A stretch of 64,000 nucleotides of DNA, from NCBI GenBank assembly GCA_964016885.1, contig OZ024745.1, positions 55,428,001 through 55,492,000 of the forward strand. The letters are read 5' to 3'. Below are positions 35,724 to 51,456 of the stretch, piece by piece (position 1 is the stretch's first letter; each line of letters opens with the position of its first letter). The notes under the pieces were generated by a model. The model searched no databases and was not told the DNA's origin. It saw only the letters and a program-made list of their open reading frames with translations. This DNA is from Eledone cirrhosa (lineage: Eukaryota). The translations under genes were made by a program, and so were the position numbers.

Positions 35724-37519
35724 TGAATACAATTGGCTCAGAACTCCTTGTTCGAAAACCCTTGGCAATAAAAACATTATATTCCGCCTTTCGAATTCTA
35801 TAATGTAGCATTATAATACTGCGGTGAATTCTTCCACTACATTTCTGTCAGTATTTCTCCCTATCTTTCACTGAAAGAACTTGGGTGTGTGCAGTCCTTG
35901 TGAGAACGTTGCTATGATTACAGGTTCAAATATTCACAACGAGAATCTTTTGTATTATACACAAACATATCGTACATATCTACATATTCATCCCTACTAT
36001 ATATATATAAATATATATATGGGGTGGGGTGGAGTGAGTGTGTGTGTCTGTGTGACTGTGCTTATGTGCATGCATATGCATATGTGTGTATGTGCTTGTG
36101 TGTATGTGCGTGTGTGTATGTGCGTGTGTGTTAATAAATGTTAATCTATAGGACTAGATCAATCGTTGTTAACTGTTAGTTGGGTGATCAGGGTATTGAT
36201 AAAGTGTCAATACTTGCAGTGTGTTTATAGTTATTTTTGAAGACTAGATATATATGTTAATGTATGTGCTTTGCTTTTGGTGATTGATTGGTAGGAAAAG
36301 AATACAAAAAAGACCATCAGTCAGTAAATTAGGGGTCTTTGAGCTCTATCAACATCGGTAGTAGTTGTGAATATGTTTCGGCTGGCAGTTTCTGTATGAT
36401 TATATACATGTTTTCTTTGATAGTATTTTGATCAAGATAAGTTTAAAAGTTATGCGTGTTTAAGTTTTATAATAGAGAAATCCCCGGAGTGATTGATACA
36501 GCTATATGTAAAATTCTGTGCCGTTTTGGTGTGACGGTATTTGTATTTGGTGTATTAGATGTATATGCGGAGAACATGATTTCGAATAATATAGAGGTAG
36601 ACTTGAAGAAAACCCACTTAAGAGTGCATATATTAGGTTTATGTTTATTCTACTGCGCCTACAATTGTGTCTATAATGAAATATTTCTATAGCATTCAAA
36701 TATGTTTGATATGAGTAAAATATGCATGAAATGTCCAGTTTTCTTGGATTTATGTGCATATATTTAACAATTTGGTGAAATAAATGAGTAATATTTCCGC
36801 TAGAATATTTGTTTATACATTTTATGATGTTATAACTACTTACATGCCACATCACTGTGAAATGAATGGCAACGAGAAGAAACGCATCAGGTAATATCTG
36901 ACATGTTTTCTATGTATGCTCGAATATCATACAGGTTTTACACATCAGTCGTTATCAGTTTGTTACGTCTAATTAAAAACAGAAATATGTATTTATATTG
37001 ACACAAATGTACATCTAATATATTAATATACGCTGTATTCTAAAGTTTTAATATATGTATCTCTATCGTAACACACATGCCTTCCATGTTGATTAATGTT
37101 TGCATCATAGAGTCACAAGTGCTCATTTGTAAAAGGTTAGAATGTGTGAAGGGAAACACAAAAACAAATATTAAAAATATTATTTTTGCCAACAACATAT
37201 ATCTATTCATAGATAAAGACAAACAAATCTATACTTATATAAAGACACGCACTAATATGTTTATATATAAATTCATCTAAGTATATCTGCATATATATAT
37301 ATAAGGCGGGTAAAATTCCCGAGATGAATATATATATATATATAACAATTTATGTAACATCACCATCTTTCTTAATGTTATTCATATATATATAAGTTTG
37401 TCTCGAGTTATATATATAAGTTTGTCTAGAGTATACATATTTAATATAGAATGGCTTCTACAGGACTAGAACTGATTCATTCGGGAGAAATCCTCAAATA
37501 TATATATATACATATTTGA

Positions 37520-37650
37520 TTATTATGGCTATTGGAGAGCTTTGTTACTGTAAGATTTCACCTGCGCACTCACAGGATCACCAATCTTGATTGATGATCC
37601 TGTGAGTGCGCAGGTGAGACACCTGAGTAACATGGCTTAGCCATAATAAA
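37520..37650. repeat. Fold-back of two degenerate hammerhead-like motifs
   Basis: Palindrome at 37558-37617. TTGATGA-tCCTG..CAGGt-GAGA on +, TTGGTGA-tCCTG..CAGGt-GAAA on -. Confidence 0.55.
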
Positions 37651-38754
37651 TGCATTTTTAAAGTCTACTCCGGTATTGAGTATTCATTCTTACGTCCGTC
37701 AATAATTCAGGTACGAATAAATCCCATGTTGAACTTTTATGATATGGTCTGCAAAATATACGTTCTCAGATTTCGTATGTATTTATGATTGTTAAAATTA
37801 ATATAATTGGCCGCGGATTATTCTCTCTTAAAAAAAAATTGAAATTATTGAACTTTGAATTCAAGGTCCCATCCTGTAATGACACTATCATATATCTTAC
37901 TTAATAGTCAGTATATTTTCGGTGAGATAGACAGTAAGGAATATAGTGAATCCAATATCCACAGTCAAATTCTCGATTTACGAGGATTGGACATTAAATA
38001 AACACTATATTATGAGATTGTTTAAGCATCGATTTTAATTAGTTTGAAAGAGAAATATAATAACTGTATATTTCGTAAAATTATATGACATTACGTTGAA
38101 TTATTTAAAGTAACCCCGGAGATGTTTGTAATGTTAATATGAAAGCCAATATTAAACATCGACGAGGGAGTTATCGAGAGAAGACTATGTGTGTTGTATA
38201 TTTCGAGCATCATATAAAAAGAGTATAACAAATAAGAACTGGAAAATTATACGTGACTCTGTTTAATTAAAAGAAGAATTTAATGATAGATCAAAATGCT
38301 GTTATTAAAATTTAATGAATTTATTGGTATCGTTTTGTTTACGTTGTGATATTAGACTATATAATAAGGAAAGAATATATATTAAATATTAATTGATGAA
38401 AATATTATTAGAATATTTCGAATATTAATTTTATTCTATTAAATTATTTGTACAGGATTGAGGTTGTATTAACTTGACATTGTGCTTTCCACGTTATCCA
38501 AGGTCTTTTAAACCAGCATGAAATACTATAGTAAACCATCAACAAAAGTCTATACAAAATGTATTAACCTGTATTAAATGATGTATTTAACCTACAAAAA
38601 ATATCTATATATTTTGTTGAATGTGTAGTGCTTTCCATAACAACTTATGTCATATATATATATATATGTATGTGTGTGTGCGTGTGTGTATTTGTGTGTG
38701 TGCGTGTGTGTGTCTGCGTGTGTGTGTCTGTAAAGGTAATTAGGTATATATACA

Positions 38755-38820
<66 letters not shown>

Positions 38821-40369
38821 TATAGATAAATACATACATACGTATCAAATTCGTGGAGTGGGTTAGCAAATATATAATGATTAAACCTCTTTCATAATAC
38901 AGTCGCAGCAGATCTAATTGGAGAGTATACAGTTACCTACTACAAAGCCACTAAATCTGCTTCAAAGAAGGAACTATTTAAAAATGAAAAATATATTCTT
39001 AAGCAAATCTTAGAATTTAATATGTTATGACATGTAATGGTTATCATGAAATCTACAACAGTTAAAAAAAGCTTAACAAATCGACAAAAAAATGATAGTT
39101 CAACATCAAGAATTTAGGGATCCGTACAACAGAATGATCCAACAGTCAACATGTAGAGAACTGTGGAGGTGAAACTAAATGTCTATGCTTTCCCACTATA
39201 CTAATGTAACCAATCTATAACGGAGGAAAATGAATCAGAAAGGAAGGTTTTCCAAAGATAATTTTAACTGAATCTCAAGTCATAACACTTATTTTGTTCT
39301 TAATTAGTCAACCTAATGTTACTTTCTATGACATGAATTGTATTTCCCTCGATATGAGCAAAAGCAGATAAAGCCAGCTGCGTCCCTTCTATCGTCAAAC
39401 ACATAAGCGAGAGAACAATAAACACGTTTAGAACAGAATTTCTAACATCGAATATAATATCATGTGAAACATTAGGGTATAATGGAAATATATAATAGTG
39501 TTTAAAATAAATATTATGACTTGGGAAACTTTTTATCATGTGCCCTATTTTTATATTCTTTCAAAATATCAGTTTATTCCTGGAGGATATTTACTCTTCC
39601 TGCAAAATAAGTTCTCATTCCTGGTCCTATGTAAAACATATTATATTATTAACAATACGAATAATATTCATATTCACAATATATCTTTTATTATTATTTG
39701 AAACCGAATATATGTTTTTAAAATTTCTATTGACACTATCACAATTGTGTACATAATTATTTATGTTGTTAACTTTTTCCACGTTAAGCAATATATTCTG
39801 GCATAGGATTATGTGCAATTCAATTTTAAAAAGATAGTGACTGCGATTCTGGTGTGGAATATTTTTTTAGTTCCACTGTAAATAGATATAAAAACATTGT
39901 GCTTTCTCTCCTTCTTAAAGCAAACTGTGTCCTATTATTGTATTTTCCCATTTATGAAAAGAGAGTGTTTTTGTTCTCGAAAGACAATTATGAATATAAT
40001 GTAAATCTATGCGATATACAATACAATATAATAACCCGTGCTGGGATTTTTTGTTTTTATATCAATATATGTTTTTTTTCTGATTTATTGAAGCTTCCGA
40101 TATTATTGAATATTCTGTTGTAAAATTTAATTACGTAGGAATCTGTCAAAGAAAAAGCTAGAAGGTAATAAAAATTTCACCTTGTTAACAAGAAAAAATA
40201 ACTATGACGAATAAACAAAGGGCTGAAGCAAATATTATCTGAAACATAAAACATTCCCCATTCAAATAATGAGCTCCTTCATGTGATCATTTCACACAAC
40301 AAGATACTGTTGCTGGTATTGTAGGATCCATATGTATGAATGACGTAATCATTCTTCTTTTCGCCCACT

Positions 40370-41110
40370 TATTCATAAGAGGGTCGTGGGGGGCAGCCTC
40401 CTCAAACTCTCATGCTAGCGGCTGCTAGCAGAGGCAACCGCCTCCAACTGATCTGGCTGGATCTCAAAGTGAGACCAAACAAGCTCATTGATGTTTTCCA
40501 TCCATCTTGATCCTTAGGGTCTCCTGCCGGTTGGTTTTGACCATCACATCTGTCCAACAATTCTTTCCTGAGAGATTTAAAACATATGCTCATAGGATCG
40601 GAGCTGTGATCTCTCAATTGGGAGAAATAGCGGCTCTGTAGTGACTCCCTGATCTCCGGGCTAACCACTCTATCGAGTGCGTTACTGCAACCCCCCCCCC
40701 CTTCGAAGGAACTCTGTTTCGGCACGAAAACTGAATTGAATATAGCGACCTTTCCTTCTACGCCTACCTGCCTTCTTTAGATTATTGAATGCTGAAGCCA
40801 GAGAAAACGTTCCTATTTTAAGGATTTTAATATCTCGGATCTGATTTCATGTAATGTCTTTAGAGAGGAAAATCCAAGACGCGTTCTTAATAGCAGGTGT
40901 GGAGGATGGCTTCTTAATATGAATTCGGTGGATGGTCTACCAGAACACTTTATTTGGTAATCTGAAGTTACATTCCAACTCAACCCAAAAGTTCTTCGAT
41001 GTCTCAACTTTGGACGCCTTTACTGTATTTGCTGCGATACTTCATGCCTGCTGCTTGTACTGCTAGTGCAAGAATGAGGGCTTATTTCCATGCGAAGATT
41101 TGTAAGTCTT
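40370..41110 (-). mobile_element. Highly decayed, internally deleted RTE-clade LINE remnant
   Basis: Hand translation gives LECNFRLPNKVFW*TIHRI and the C-terminal KPTGRRP*GSRWMENINELVWSHFEI..LRRLPPRP. Confidence 0.6.
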
Positions 41111-41878
41111 CTTCTTTCCTCGGATGATATTATTATGATATTACGCCTTCTAATTTTAAAGATTACCTTTACGACAAAAGAATTAGGCAGCACTAGATTT
41201 TACTTGTTTTATTACATCGGCTGGTTGAGAGTTCAAGATGTCTGATGATCTAGGCACGTATTAGATAATGCAGTGTGAAGTGCCTGATCTCATTATTTGG
41301 ATACAACACAAGTGAATGAAAAGAATGGACAGGAGATGGTGGGATGGTGACATGATACAGCTATAACATCAAGAGTAGTAGTAATTTGACACCAGTCCAG
41401 AAAGTAAAATGTAACAAAATTATACAGAAGATTAATTGAATAGTATATTATACGGAGTATTTACACCCTTAGAGCCCTGAAACATAACTTTTACTATTAA
41501 TCATGGTAGCCGCTGGGTATATCAATCATAAGAGAGAACATTTAAAGAATTAATCTATGAGTAGAGAAGGAATATATGACGCACTTTTCCACAAATGAAA
41601 GTTCAGTGAATATGGTTAATTAAAGATTTTTCGGGGAACCAGGAATTAAGTATAGAAAGGTAAATCCATATTCTTTAGAGTTCATGAGTTAAAATAAGAT
41701 TCTGGATTCATGCTTGGTTAAGATGGTATTGAATAATTTCTATATACTTGAATACTGCTTCAAGAAAACAATTCTCATCAGCCTGGTAGGTTTACCTCCC
41801 CCGCAAGAAGAGAAGTGACTGTTTCTGCACATGCGTATTCGTACAGTTGTTTTTCTCTTTCCGCACAACTTTATTTAG

Positions 41879-41921
41879 ACCGAGCTGATGATCCAAGTAA
41901 GGTGAAACAATTGTTCTCGGT
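41879..41921 (+). ncRNA. Minimal type I hammerhead motif, family B, solo copy
   Basis: ACCGAG-CTGATGA-tCCaagtaaGGt-GAAA-CAATTG-TT-CTCGGT. The downstream 30 nt match 23184-23213, then (TA)n. Confidence 0.82.
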
Positions 41922-41964
41922 ATGGAGAACTAACTGTTGTGGAACTACTTATATATATATATAT

Positions 41965-42148
41965 AATTGTTTCTACTTTTGGAACAAGGCCAGCAATTAC
42001 CCAGTGCATTACTGGTACTTTATTTTATCGACCCCGTAAGGATGAAAGGCAAAGTTAACCTCAGCGAGATTTGAACTCAGAATGGCAAGGACCGACCGTA
42101 ACTCTATGCCTCAAAGCATGGCGTCCGACCCTCTACCGATATTGCCAA
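41965..42148 (-). mobile_element. tRNA-derived SINE
   Basis: Full head, core and tail match to the other copies. Confidence 0.9.
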
Positions 42149-43046
42149 AATGCTGATTGTGTGAGCGTGTATAAAATGTATTTATTTATTTAATCAAGTT
42201 AAACATCCCAGTAAATCATTACAAATGAGAAAGGGTTTGTAAGCGACTAATACTTTTCAATGTTGATATGTGGTAGTGGAGGATTATAATGTGATAGATT
42301 ATCTCTATAGATTTCCTAATATATTTCTCTCTTCACTAATAATATTTTGCTCAATTATTTGAATTGTGATAGATTTTAGATGTAGCCTGAGTCTAATATC
42401 TTGTTTCTTATGTTATGATAAATAAGTATCGATTTCTAGCAGAACACTTTTAATGTTTCTAATCCGACAATTTTTGTCTTAATAATTATAGCTATTTGAT
42501 CCATACAGTTTTCAGTGTATAGAATGCCTCTGACCCATATCATTTAATTAGAGGAGCCTCAGCAAGATGTGCTTCGAACCACTCTGCCTTAAATATAGAA
42601 ATCCCTCCTTTAATTTGAATTTCATAATGTTGATAATATTTACAAAAGTCCAGATAGCACACCATTATATATTATAAGCTGATCTATCACTACAAATGAT
42701 GCATTTGTTAAAAGTTTAAATGTGATGTTTTTTTGCTTTCTAGTTTACATGTTTTATTTTTATATTGAAGGATCTCAATTATTTTCATTATTGGCGGGAT
42801 AGATACCATATTGTATTCTTTTAGGATGAAAAAAAAACATAGGTTACCAAGTAACACATCCTAGATAATTCTCTGAACGTATTCCTGCTTCGTGAACAAT
42901 GGCTAATTGCGAGCAAATCTTAAATTACTAAATATATTTTACTAATTGACTATATAAGCTTTAAACAGTTTCAAAATGGCTAAGGCTAATTTCTCGCCAT
43001 AATCAATTAGCATATATATAGTGAGCATTCATAGAACCATTATTAT

Positions 43047-43230
43047 GGATTGGCAGCATCGGTAGAGGGTCAGACGTAACTTTGCAGTACAGTTACATCC
43101 CTTTACAGACTGAGTTCAAATCCCGTCGAGGTTAACTTTGCCTTTCATCCTTACGGGGTCGATAAAATAAAGTACCAGTAATGTACTGGGTAATTGGTGG
43201 CCTTGTGCCAAAATTAGAAACACTTATTAT
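43047..43230 (+). mobile_element. tRNA-derived SINE with TTATTATG target-site-duplication-like flanks
   Basis: B box GAGTTCAAATCC, core and tail. TTATTATG at 43040-47 and 43224-31. Confidence 0.9.
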
Positions 43231-43489
43231 GTAATTTAAATATGTTGTTTTCGTGTAAGGCAGTAGAATCTCTTTGATGTAACTTTAATGACAAAACCAT
43301 TGGGTGTTCATGTCGGTTTTAAAAGACAATTCTGATGATTTTCCCATTTAATACAATATTGTAACGAAAGAAGATGTATTTTTAAGGTTATTTATACACA
43401 TTTATAAGTATAAATCATATACATCTACATACACACACACACAAACACATGCGCACACAAACATGCGCACACAAACATGCACACACCCC

Positions 43490-43561
<72 letters not shown>

Positions 43562-43608
43562 AAATAAACATGTTTTAACGGTTTGTTCTCCTATATTTAT
43601 TTCGCCAC

Positions 43609-43658
<50 letters not shown>

Positions 43659-43718
43659 TGCCACTACAGGAATTGAATATTCGAAATCTTAGCGGTATGT
43701 CGCATATCCAATGTCGCA

Positions 43719-43785
43719 TATATTTCATCTGATGAAAACGTACTGAAACACCATTGTACCTTGGAAATATATATAACAAAATATA
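43719..43785 (+). ncRNA. Type I hammerhead motif, family C
   Basis: CTGATGA-AAAcGTAC..GTACcTTg-GAAA-TATATA-TA-ACAAAATATA; stem I has two mismatches. Confidence 0.68.
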
Positions 43786-43826
43786 TATTTTGGTTATGAG
43801 AATATTTTTCATTTATTAATATTTTG

Positions 43827-43949
<123 letters not shown>

Positions 43950-44083
43950 AAAGTTTTATTTAAGATTGTTGGGTTACAACGAGTAAATATTTTATAACTG
44001 ATATAAAAGCACTCAACAGTTTCTGGAGTAGGTTTACGATATTAAACAAATGGAAACTATATTTATATTTATAAAACCATATT

Positions 44084-44149
44084 TATTTCGTTATATATAT
44101 TTCTGGGATATCATATTAAAAATATGGTATGCCTTCCTCAGACAAAATA
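44084..44149 (-). ncRNA. Type I hammerhead motif, family C
   Basis: TATTTTGT-CTGAGGA-stem II-GAAA-TATATA-TA-ACGAAATA. Confidence 0.75.
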
Positions 44150-44884
44150 CAATACATAAGCTGTTTTATAAATAATTAGTGACATACCTTGTGATAATGC
44201 AACTTCCTTTTAAAAAGTTGATTTGGTAGTGAAACTGTTATGATAGTTATATAGAAAGAAAACGAAGATGAGAAGAAGAAGATGAAGAGATGTATGCAAA
44301 CAAAGAAGAAGATGGAGAGATGTATGCAAAGAAAAACAAAAACAACGGAGCGAGATAGAGAGACAAGGAGAGAGAGAAATACATTGATGGTGAAAAAACA
44401 TAGTAGGCTGCTTTTTGACAGATGATCATCGTATATGTGAGAGGTTAAGGGAAGGGATACAGTTAAATTAGTGCATAGGAGAAAAAGAAAGAAAGATGAT
44501 ATATTTAAAATATATTAAAAATATATTATGTCTCATCCATTTGAATTATCAGTTTTTATGAATTAGGTATTATAATGTAAATATCAGTATTCATGAATGA
44601 GACACATATCTATAATGTGTGAAAAAAAAAATGACCACATGCTCAGTTAAAAATTCTTAGGTCTATAAGCAAAATCTGAGATAAAACTTCAAACATAAGT
44701 ATATATGCATTCTCGTGAAAAAAGAGAAAAGAGAAGGTTATCTCAAATTCAAGTTGATAAATATAGACGCACATGTGAACCTACGTGAAACGCTGCACTG
44801 CATATATATATATATGTGTGTATATGTATATATATATATTATTCAAAATATTAATAAATGAAAAATATTCTCATAACCAAAATA

Positions 44885-44951
44885 TATATTTTGTTATATA
44901 TATTTCAAAGGTACAATGGTGTTTCAGTACGTTTTCATCAGATAAAATATA
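44885..44951 (-). ncRNA. Type I hammerhead motif, family C
   Basis: TATATTTTAT-CTGATGA-AAAcGTAC..GTACcTTT-GAAA-TATATA-TA-ACAAAATATA. Confidence 0.75.
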
Positions 44952-47627
44952 TGAGACATTGATATGCGATATACCGCTAAGATTTCGAATATTCAATTCC
45001 TGTAGTGGCAGTATATATATATATATGTGTATATATATATATATATATACTGGCATAGAAACACTGGCATAGAAAAATGAAAATCAATGATGATATTTAT
45101 TTTAACATGTGATATAATAGAAAACTTGTCTTAACGTTTATGAAGTTAGTCCTTCCTAGCCACATAGTATGATAGACAATGGGGGAGAGAACTGTGTATG
45201 TCTTGGAGATAGAAATTTGAGAGAGTGAAAAGAAACCGGGTAAAATATCAGGTAGGAGAAACATCACGTGTTTTTGTTTCTCAGCCACCTTGAAGCTTCT
45301 AAGCACACACACATACACATATATATAAATACACGGAGAGTGTAAGTAATGATGGATATAATCCAAAATTGAAATGTGATGCATTCATAGTTACTGGTAT
45401 AGTATAGATTATATCGAACTTGAAATCTACATGGTCTTTGTTTTTTATGCATATTGTTTACAGTGAAACAGAGAAACGATAAAAGAATGAGTATGACTGG
45501 AGAAAAATTAAAGATAACTATAAATATTAAAAAAAGAACAAGAATATAATACATATTTCATTAAGATAATGCATTCATAAATTCGTAAAAAGATTGCTAC
45601 AATTCGTTGCATAAAGCTTGATACAGCAAACAATGGAAACATATTTCTTGACAAAAAAATATATAGACACTGTTTCTTTTTATTTAAGTTTTCAACAGAT
45701 TTGTATTAAATTGCTTTCGGTGTTTTGTTCTCGAAATATCATTATACGTTATCACAGAATCTCTCAGAAAGACAATCAATTATGTAAAATATGAATTATC
45801 TACCTTTTGCTTTCACTTGGATGCACAACATATTATAACTCTTAAATTTGTTTTATACCTACATTAATCTAGAGACATGTAAAACCAGGCGGTGAGTGAT
45901 AAATAGTTTCCCAGAATTATTTTCTTTCTGAAAGTTATATATATACATTTATTTTCCTGTTAATACATTTTTGTTCAGCATATGATTAATATAAGTAATT
46001 AGGGAACTGACAGTGCATTTATATTTAATTTTGTTTTTCGTTTTATCGCAATTCTTAGCTGAAAATAAAATAAATATGCATCATGCACCAAATTTATTCT
46101 ACGCGAGGAAAATCCTTTACCTAAAATATATATTTGAGCAAACATCATTGAAGAATCTATCCCTGAAAATGTTTTAGAAAGCAGGATATTGTTTCAATTC
46201 TCACGGCAACCCAATTCGTATCTCGAATAAACCAGAAAAACACTTAACTCAACAACAGCGAAAGAAACTATTGATAGCTGTTTACATTTCTTCATTCAAA
46301 TTCAGATGATTTTTAGAAGAACTGATATACACGATAGGTAGCCTATTGTTTTCTGATATACCTGAAAGCTTAAAAATACATGAAAGCTTCACAACATTCG
46401 CGTAATGTACCTAACAGGCACTTTATATGTGAACTGGTGGCAACATAAAGCGAAAACGTATAATACTAAGTGCGTATTCTAGTGAATTTGTTAGGGAAAT
46501 GATTGGTTTAACCTGAGTAAAATCTGTACTTTGACTATATGATGATAAAAAACAATGGCCCAGATTGTTACCTATCAACTCAATATAGCAAAACAGTATT
46601 GTCTTTCCACCAGTTTAAGAGGGAAAATAAAAACAAAAGTTTGCGCCTCTCTGCAAGGGGATGAATATATTTAAACAATAATTTATATTTTGTACACATA
46701 GAAAGCTAATATTGAAGATAAATGTTGCCTCGTGCATACAGAGCAGATTAACGCCTCATAAAATGTATATTCCTCTGAATAATATGAAACAGAATATCTA
46801 GAGAGTTATAAGACATGAGAAATCAATCAAAATTCAACCTCATGGAGTTCATATGCAGTTATCACGGCTATTTATGAAGAGTTTATTGTCATTCATTACG
46901 TTAGAAAATTATAACCACTTAAAGAAGAAGGACCGGTTTCTATAATTAATGACGTGTTGTATTCTCTTATATTCTGTATCATGTATGTAAAGAAGCCATA
47001 AGATTGCTTAAAGTAAATGATATTTTTGGAAGAATTTCTTTGATGCAGAATTGGATAACTTTAAACAGAGAACATTTTTTAATTAATTAAACCGGTATGT
47101 TACTCATAGAATTGTTCAATCATTCTTATTTACCTCAGATTACATTTACAGTATCACATTGCTTGAATAATAAATGATTGTATTACTTGAATAATAAATC
47201 AAATACACTTTAAGGTGTACTGTGTCTGCATGAAAATTGTTTCTGTATATTATATGAAATAATCTGTATTGCAGTTTATTTTGAATGTTATAGTTAAACT
47301 TTCCATCTGGTGTGTGTTTTTATTTATTTATTCCTGAAATCATTATCTGAATAATAGTGTATTATTGAATGATGTTAAATTACAACAGATTTTTCTCAGA
47401 AGATCTATAAGATTTTTTTTTCATTTTCCTAAATAAATTAATGAATATGAAGAATTATAGAATTGCGTGTAATATTTAATATCTGTATACACGATTAAAT
47501 CGAAAAAGTTTGGACATATGCAATGGTAGAATATCGCCACAATATAACTTTATCTCGCACAAGAAATATAGAGGATATAAACTTATATATATATATATAT
47601 ATATAAGTGTATATATATATAAGTGTC

Positions 47628-47753
<126 letters not shown>

Positions 47754-47794
47754 GACATATATATATACACTTATATATATATATAAATTTATAT

Positions 47795-47883
<89 letters not shown>

Positions 47884-48189
47884 GATTATTAGGAAGACAA
47901 ATATTTTTTTTTCATTTTTTATTTCTCTCTTTCTTTTGGGTTAGAAAATGATTAAAACAAAATGTTTTACTTTGTGTGAAGTGTTAAGGTATTAGTAGAT
48001 TTATTTATTAATTAACAATGGTATTTATTTATCTATTTATATATTTAATAATTGTCTATTACCGGTTGCAGCATTTTTATGCATTATCAAATGATAGTGA
48101 TACGTATTAGTCTGGAATGGTGGTGTCGCACATGTTAAAGAAATGGTGCAGAAAGAATAATGTTATTTACCAACAAGGTTTATGAAGTG

Positions 48190-48357
48190 AAAAGAAAAAA
48201 GAAAAAAGAAAAAAGAAAAAAGAAAAAAGAAAAAAGAAAAAAGAAAAAAGAAAAAAGAAAAAAGAAAAAAGAAAAAAGAAAAAAGTAAAAAGAAAAGAAA
48301 AAAGAAAAAAGAAAAAAGAAAAAAGAAAAAAAGAAAAAAAGAAAAAAAGAAAAAAAA
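48190..48357. repeat. (AAAAAAG)n simple repeat
   Basis: Direct reading. Confidence 0.97.
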
Positions 48358-49304
48358 TGGGGGTAATGTAGAGCATAAAAAAGTTAATGTGAAAGAAAAA
48401 ATAATGTTATTTACAGGCATAGTTCTTGAAGTTAAGCAGATCAAAATGTGTTAATATAGCAAGGGTGCTTAGTTGATCCATGATTCCATGATGGAGGAGG
48501 CAAAATTATATATATATATAATTGAATTTGCTTGTAAATATTCAGAAAATATAAATAGTATACTCATTTAATGCCACATGGGCACTTTTTTGTTATGAAA
48601 TATAAAATACCTTACTTCCGAAGGATGTATTCTTTGATATTTTCCAGATATATTTCATGGTGGTTTGTCTAATTATCGCAACGAAGCTTTCAAACGTTTC
48701 ACACGCAAAGGAAACGAAAATAAATCGAAATTTTATTTCACTAGTTTTGTTTTTAATGTAAAAATAGTTGTAAATTCGTGAATCTCACTATGAATTTGAA
48801 AATGTATAAGCATTTATAATTAGAATACATGAATACTGAAGACGCATATTCGATGTAATTTTAATAATAGAATTTTATGCAAGGTAATCCATCTTAATAT
48901 AAACATGAATCAACGATATTAGAATCGTAGAGGACATGCATATTTACATCTAATTTGTTGCATTAATCTTTTAAATGACTATTTTCTGTTTTCATGTGTG
49001 CATTCACAGATTGATGCAATCAAAATATCGCGGATTCACGTGAACGCATAGAAATATAAAAAAATATATATAAATACATGCATAACGTTACGGACTAATG
49101 CAAATAAAAATAAAAACATTTCAATTAAAACACAATTATGTTAATTGATTCTATTATCAGTAAAGAAATAGTAAATGTGTCGGAATATAAACATAACATC
49201 GAAATAAAAAGTGATCAGTATTAAAATCTCATTCAGAGAATCCCATACATATAGAAAATCATATGGCACTCAGAGGTGGATTACTGCAGAATCATCTTTT
49301 CCGA

Positions 49305-49415
<111 letters not shown>

Positions 49416-50102
49416 AATATATATATATTTATGGATGTGTGTGTGTTTGATCGTATTCCCAATTATTATATATTATATTGCACATTAAATCAAAGATGCA
49501 TGTGATTTAGTTAGTCTCAGATGTACAAAATACATCACCATTGTCTACAGTGTACCTTTACTAAATATTTCAGTGTGTTTTTTGTATGAATAATCAATAG
49601 GCTTTTATTCGCATGCTTTGAATACAATTTTTTTTTTCATACACGATAGAATGCACACATCGTTATTTTGTTCTCTATATGTCATGTGGATTTGTTACTC
49701 TATTTTTCTTAATCAGAATATTAATAATTCCAAATTATGTGTTTATACTGATTGTTTTCTTTCCATTCCCTATAATCTCAGAATATTTATTTCTCGCTTT
49801 TTATTGGCCCAGCTATTTCTTCGTTCGGATGTTATTCTATATGACTACTTGTTTAATAATTATATATCTAGTGGCAACTCGAAAATAAATAGATTTACAA
49901 ACATATGGCATTGTGTGATGTATGGCAAAATACAACTACTTTCGCAAGCATAAGAAGCATTGCGGATTAAGAAAAACATTAACGATCGAATTATCAAATA
50001 TGGTTATCAAATAAAGTGTTACTCCCTTAATAATATCAGAATATCAATTTTGTGTCTACAAAATAATAACACGTTGAAAATGTCTATATACATGTACTTA
50101 CT

Positions 50103-50136
<34 letters not shown>

Positions 50137-50142
<6 letters not shown>

Positions 50143-50687
50143 GAAACACACAGATACATGCGGACACACACATATATACATGAATGCATCCGCACCCAAC
50201 TGTGAGTTAAGGGTGCCAACTTCACCGATGTTGCTCAATGAATGACTGGGACAGACCAATTCAGTTTGAACCAGACTGAACCAGTATCAGAGTTAAAAAT
50301 ACATTATGAAGAGAGAAGAAACATTTAGATATAATTAGTAATAAAATGTATCATACCTAAACTGCTCCTAAATTCCTCGACTACGTAGTTTCGTGGCATA
50401 AACAAAAACAATATATCAAAGATATAGAGTCCTTGCGAGGTCTGCCAACTTATCAAGAGGATACCTCATTTTACTAGTCTCAAGAACGCGTCTACACGAC
50501 GTGAGAAAGAATCCCAAAAGGCGGAGGGGGAGATAGTCACGCGATATAACGGTCGAGAAACAGAGCTAAGCCTCTTATAACCACGAAGAAAATACCACGG
50601 AGGCGGAGGGGGTATTCATATCGAGGCCGTAGAAGAGGTAGTGAAGAAGGCGAGAAGTATGAGTAATGGAAGCTTTCCAGTTGTCCC

Positions 50688-50690
<3 letters not shown>
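50137..50690 (-). mobile_element. Family A hammerhead repeat, near-complete unit
   Basis: Near-identical reverse complement of ~22198-22755; (TA)n on both sides. Confidence 0.88.
50374..50461 (-). ncRNA. Type I hammerhead motif, family A
   Basis: As 22428-22515, with a compensatory stem II change CGGCA/TGCCG to TGGCA/TGCCA. Confidence 0.8.
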
Positions 50691-50771
<81 letters not shown>

Positions 50772-51344
50772 GAGAGAGAGATATATATATATATAAATGT
50801 ATGTAAGGGTGGGGGCGGAGGTGTTTGTATATTTTGTGTGTGCCATCAGTTCTGTAACTATGTATCTATTTTCAGACATCCATAACTTTCAGAATAACTC
50901 TACGAGAAGTGCATTACAAAGTAATAAAATAATAAAATTTATAACTTGTCACCAAATTACATGTAGACGGGAAACATTGTCATATGTCCCTACTATGAGA
51001 TACGTGACTAAAATTATTACGTTCAAAATGAGAAAATAATGCTTTAAAATATCAGGTGTATCCATAGAATTGTGGTTAAAAAATTCGCTGTAAAATCTAT
51101 GGTTGTAAATGTTATACTTTTATATACCAACTTTGATATTTGCCATCTACTATTTATCCAATGCCTTTCAATGGAGTTTGGAATAAAGAAATTTTTAGAT
51201 TATTGTAAGGACAGTTAGCTTTCCTGGTGATTTATTTCAAAGGAATGAGTTCGAATCCTGTAGAAGCCATTTCTATTCATCTATATCTATATGTACATAT
51301 GTCTATATATATATATATGTTATATCTATATCTATATCTATATA

Positions 51345-51381
<37 letters not shown>

Positions 51382-51456
51382 GTTATAGCTATGTCATATA
51401 TATATAGATATATAAATAAAAGAAAATTTCGCTCTACATCGCTGAATACAATAGAC

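Noticed and set aside
41242-41790. Isolated CTGATGA heptamers (41243 +, ~41775 -; also 33956, 43333, 54060)
   Set aside because: No correctly placed GAAA with three helices.
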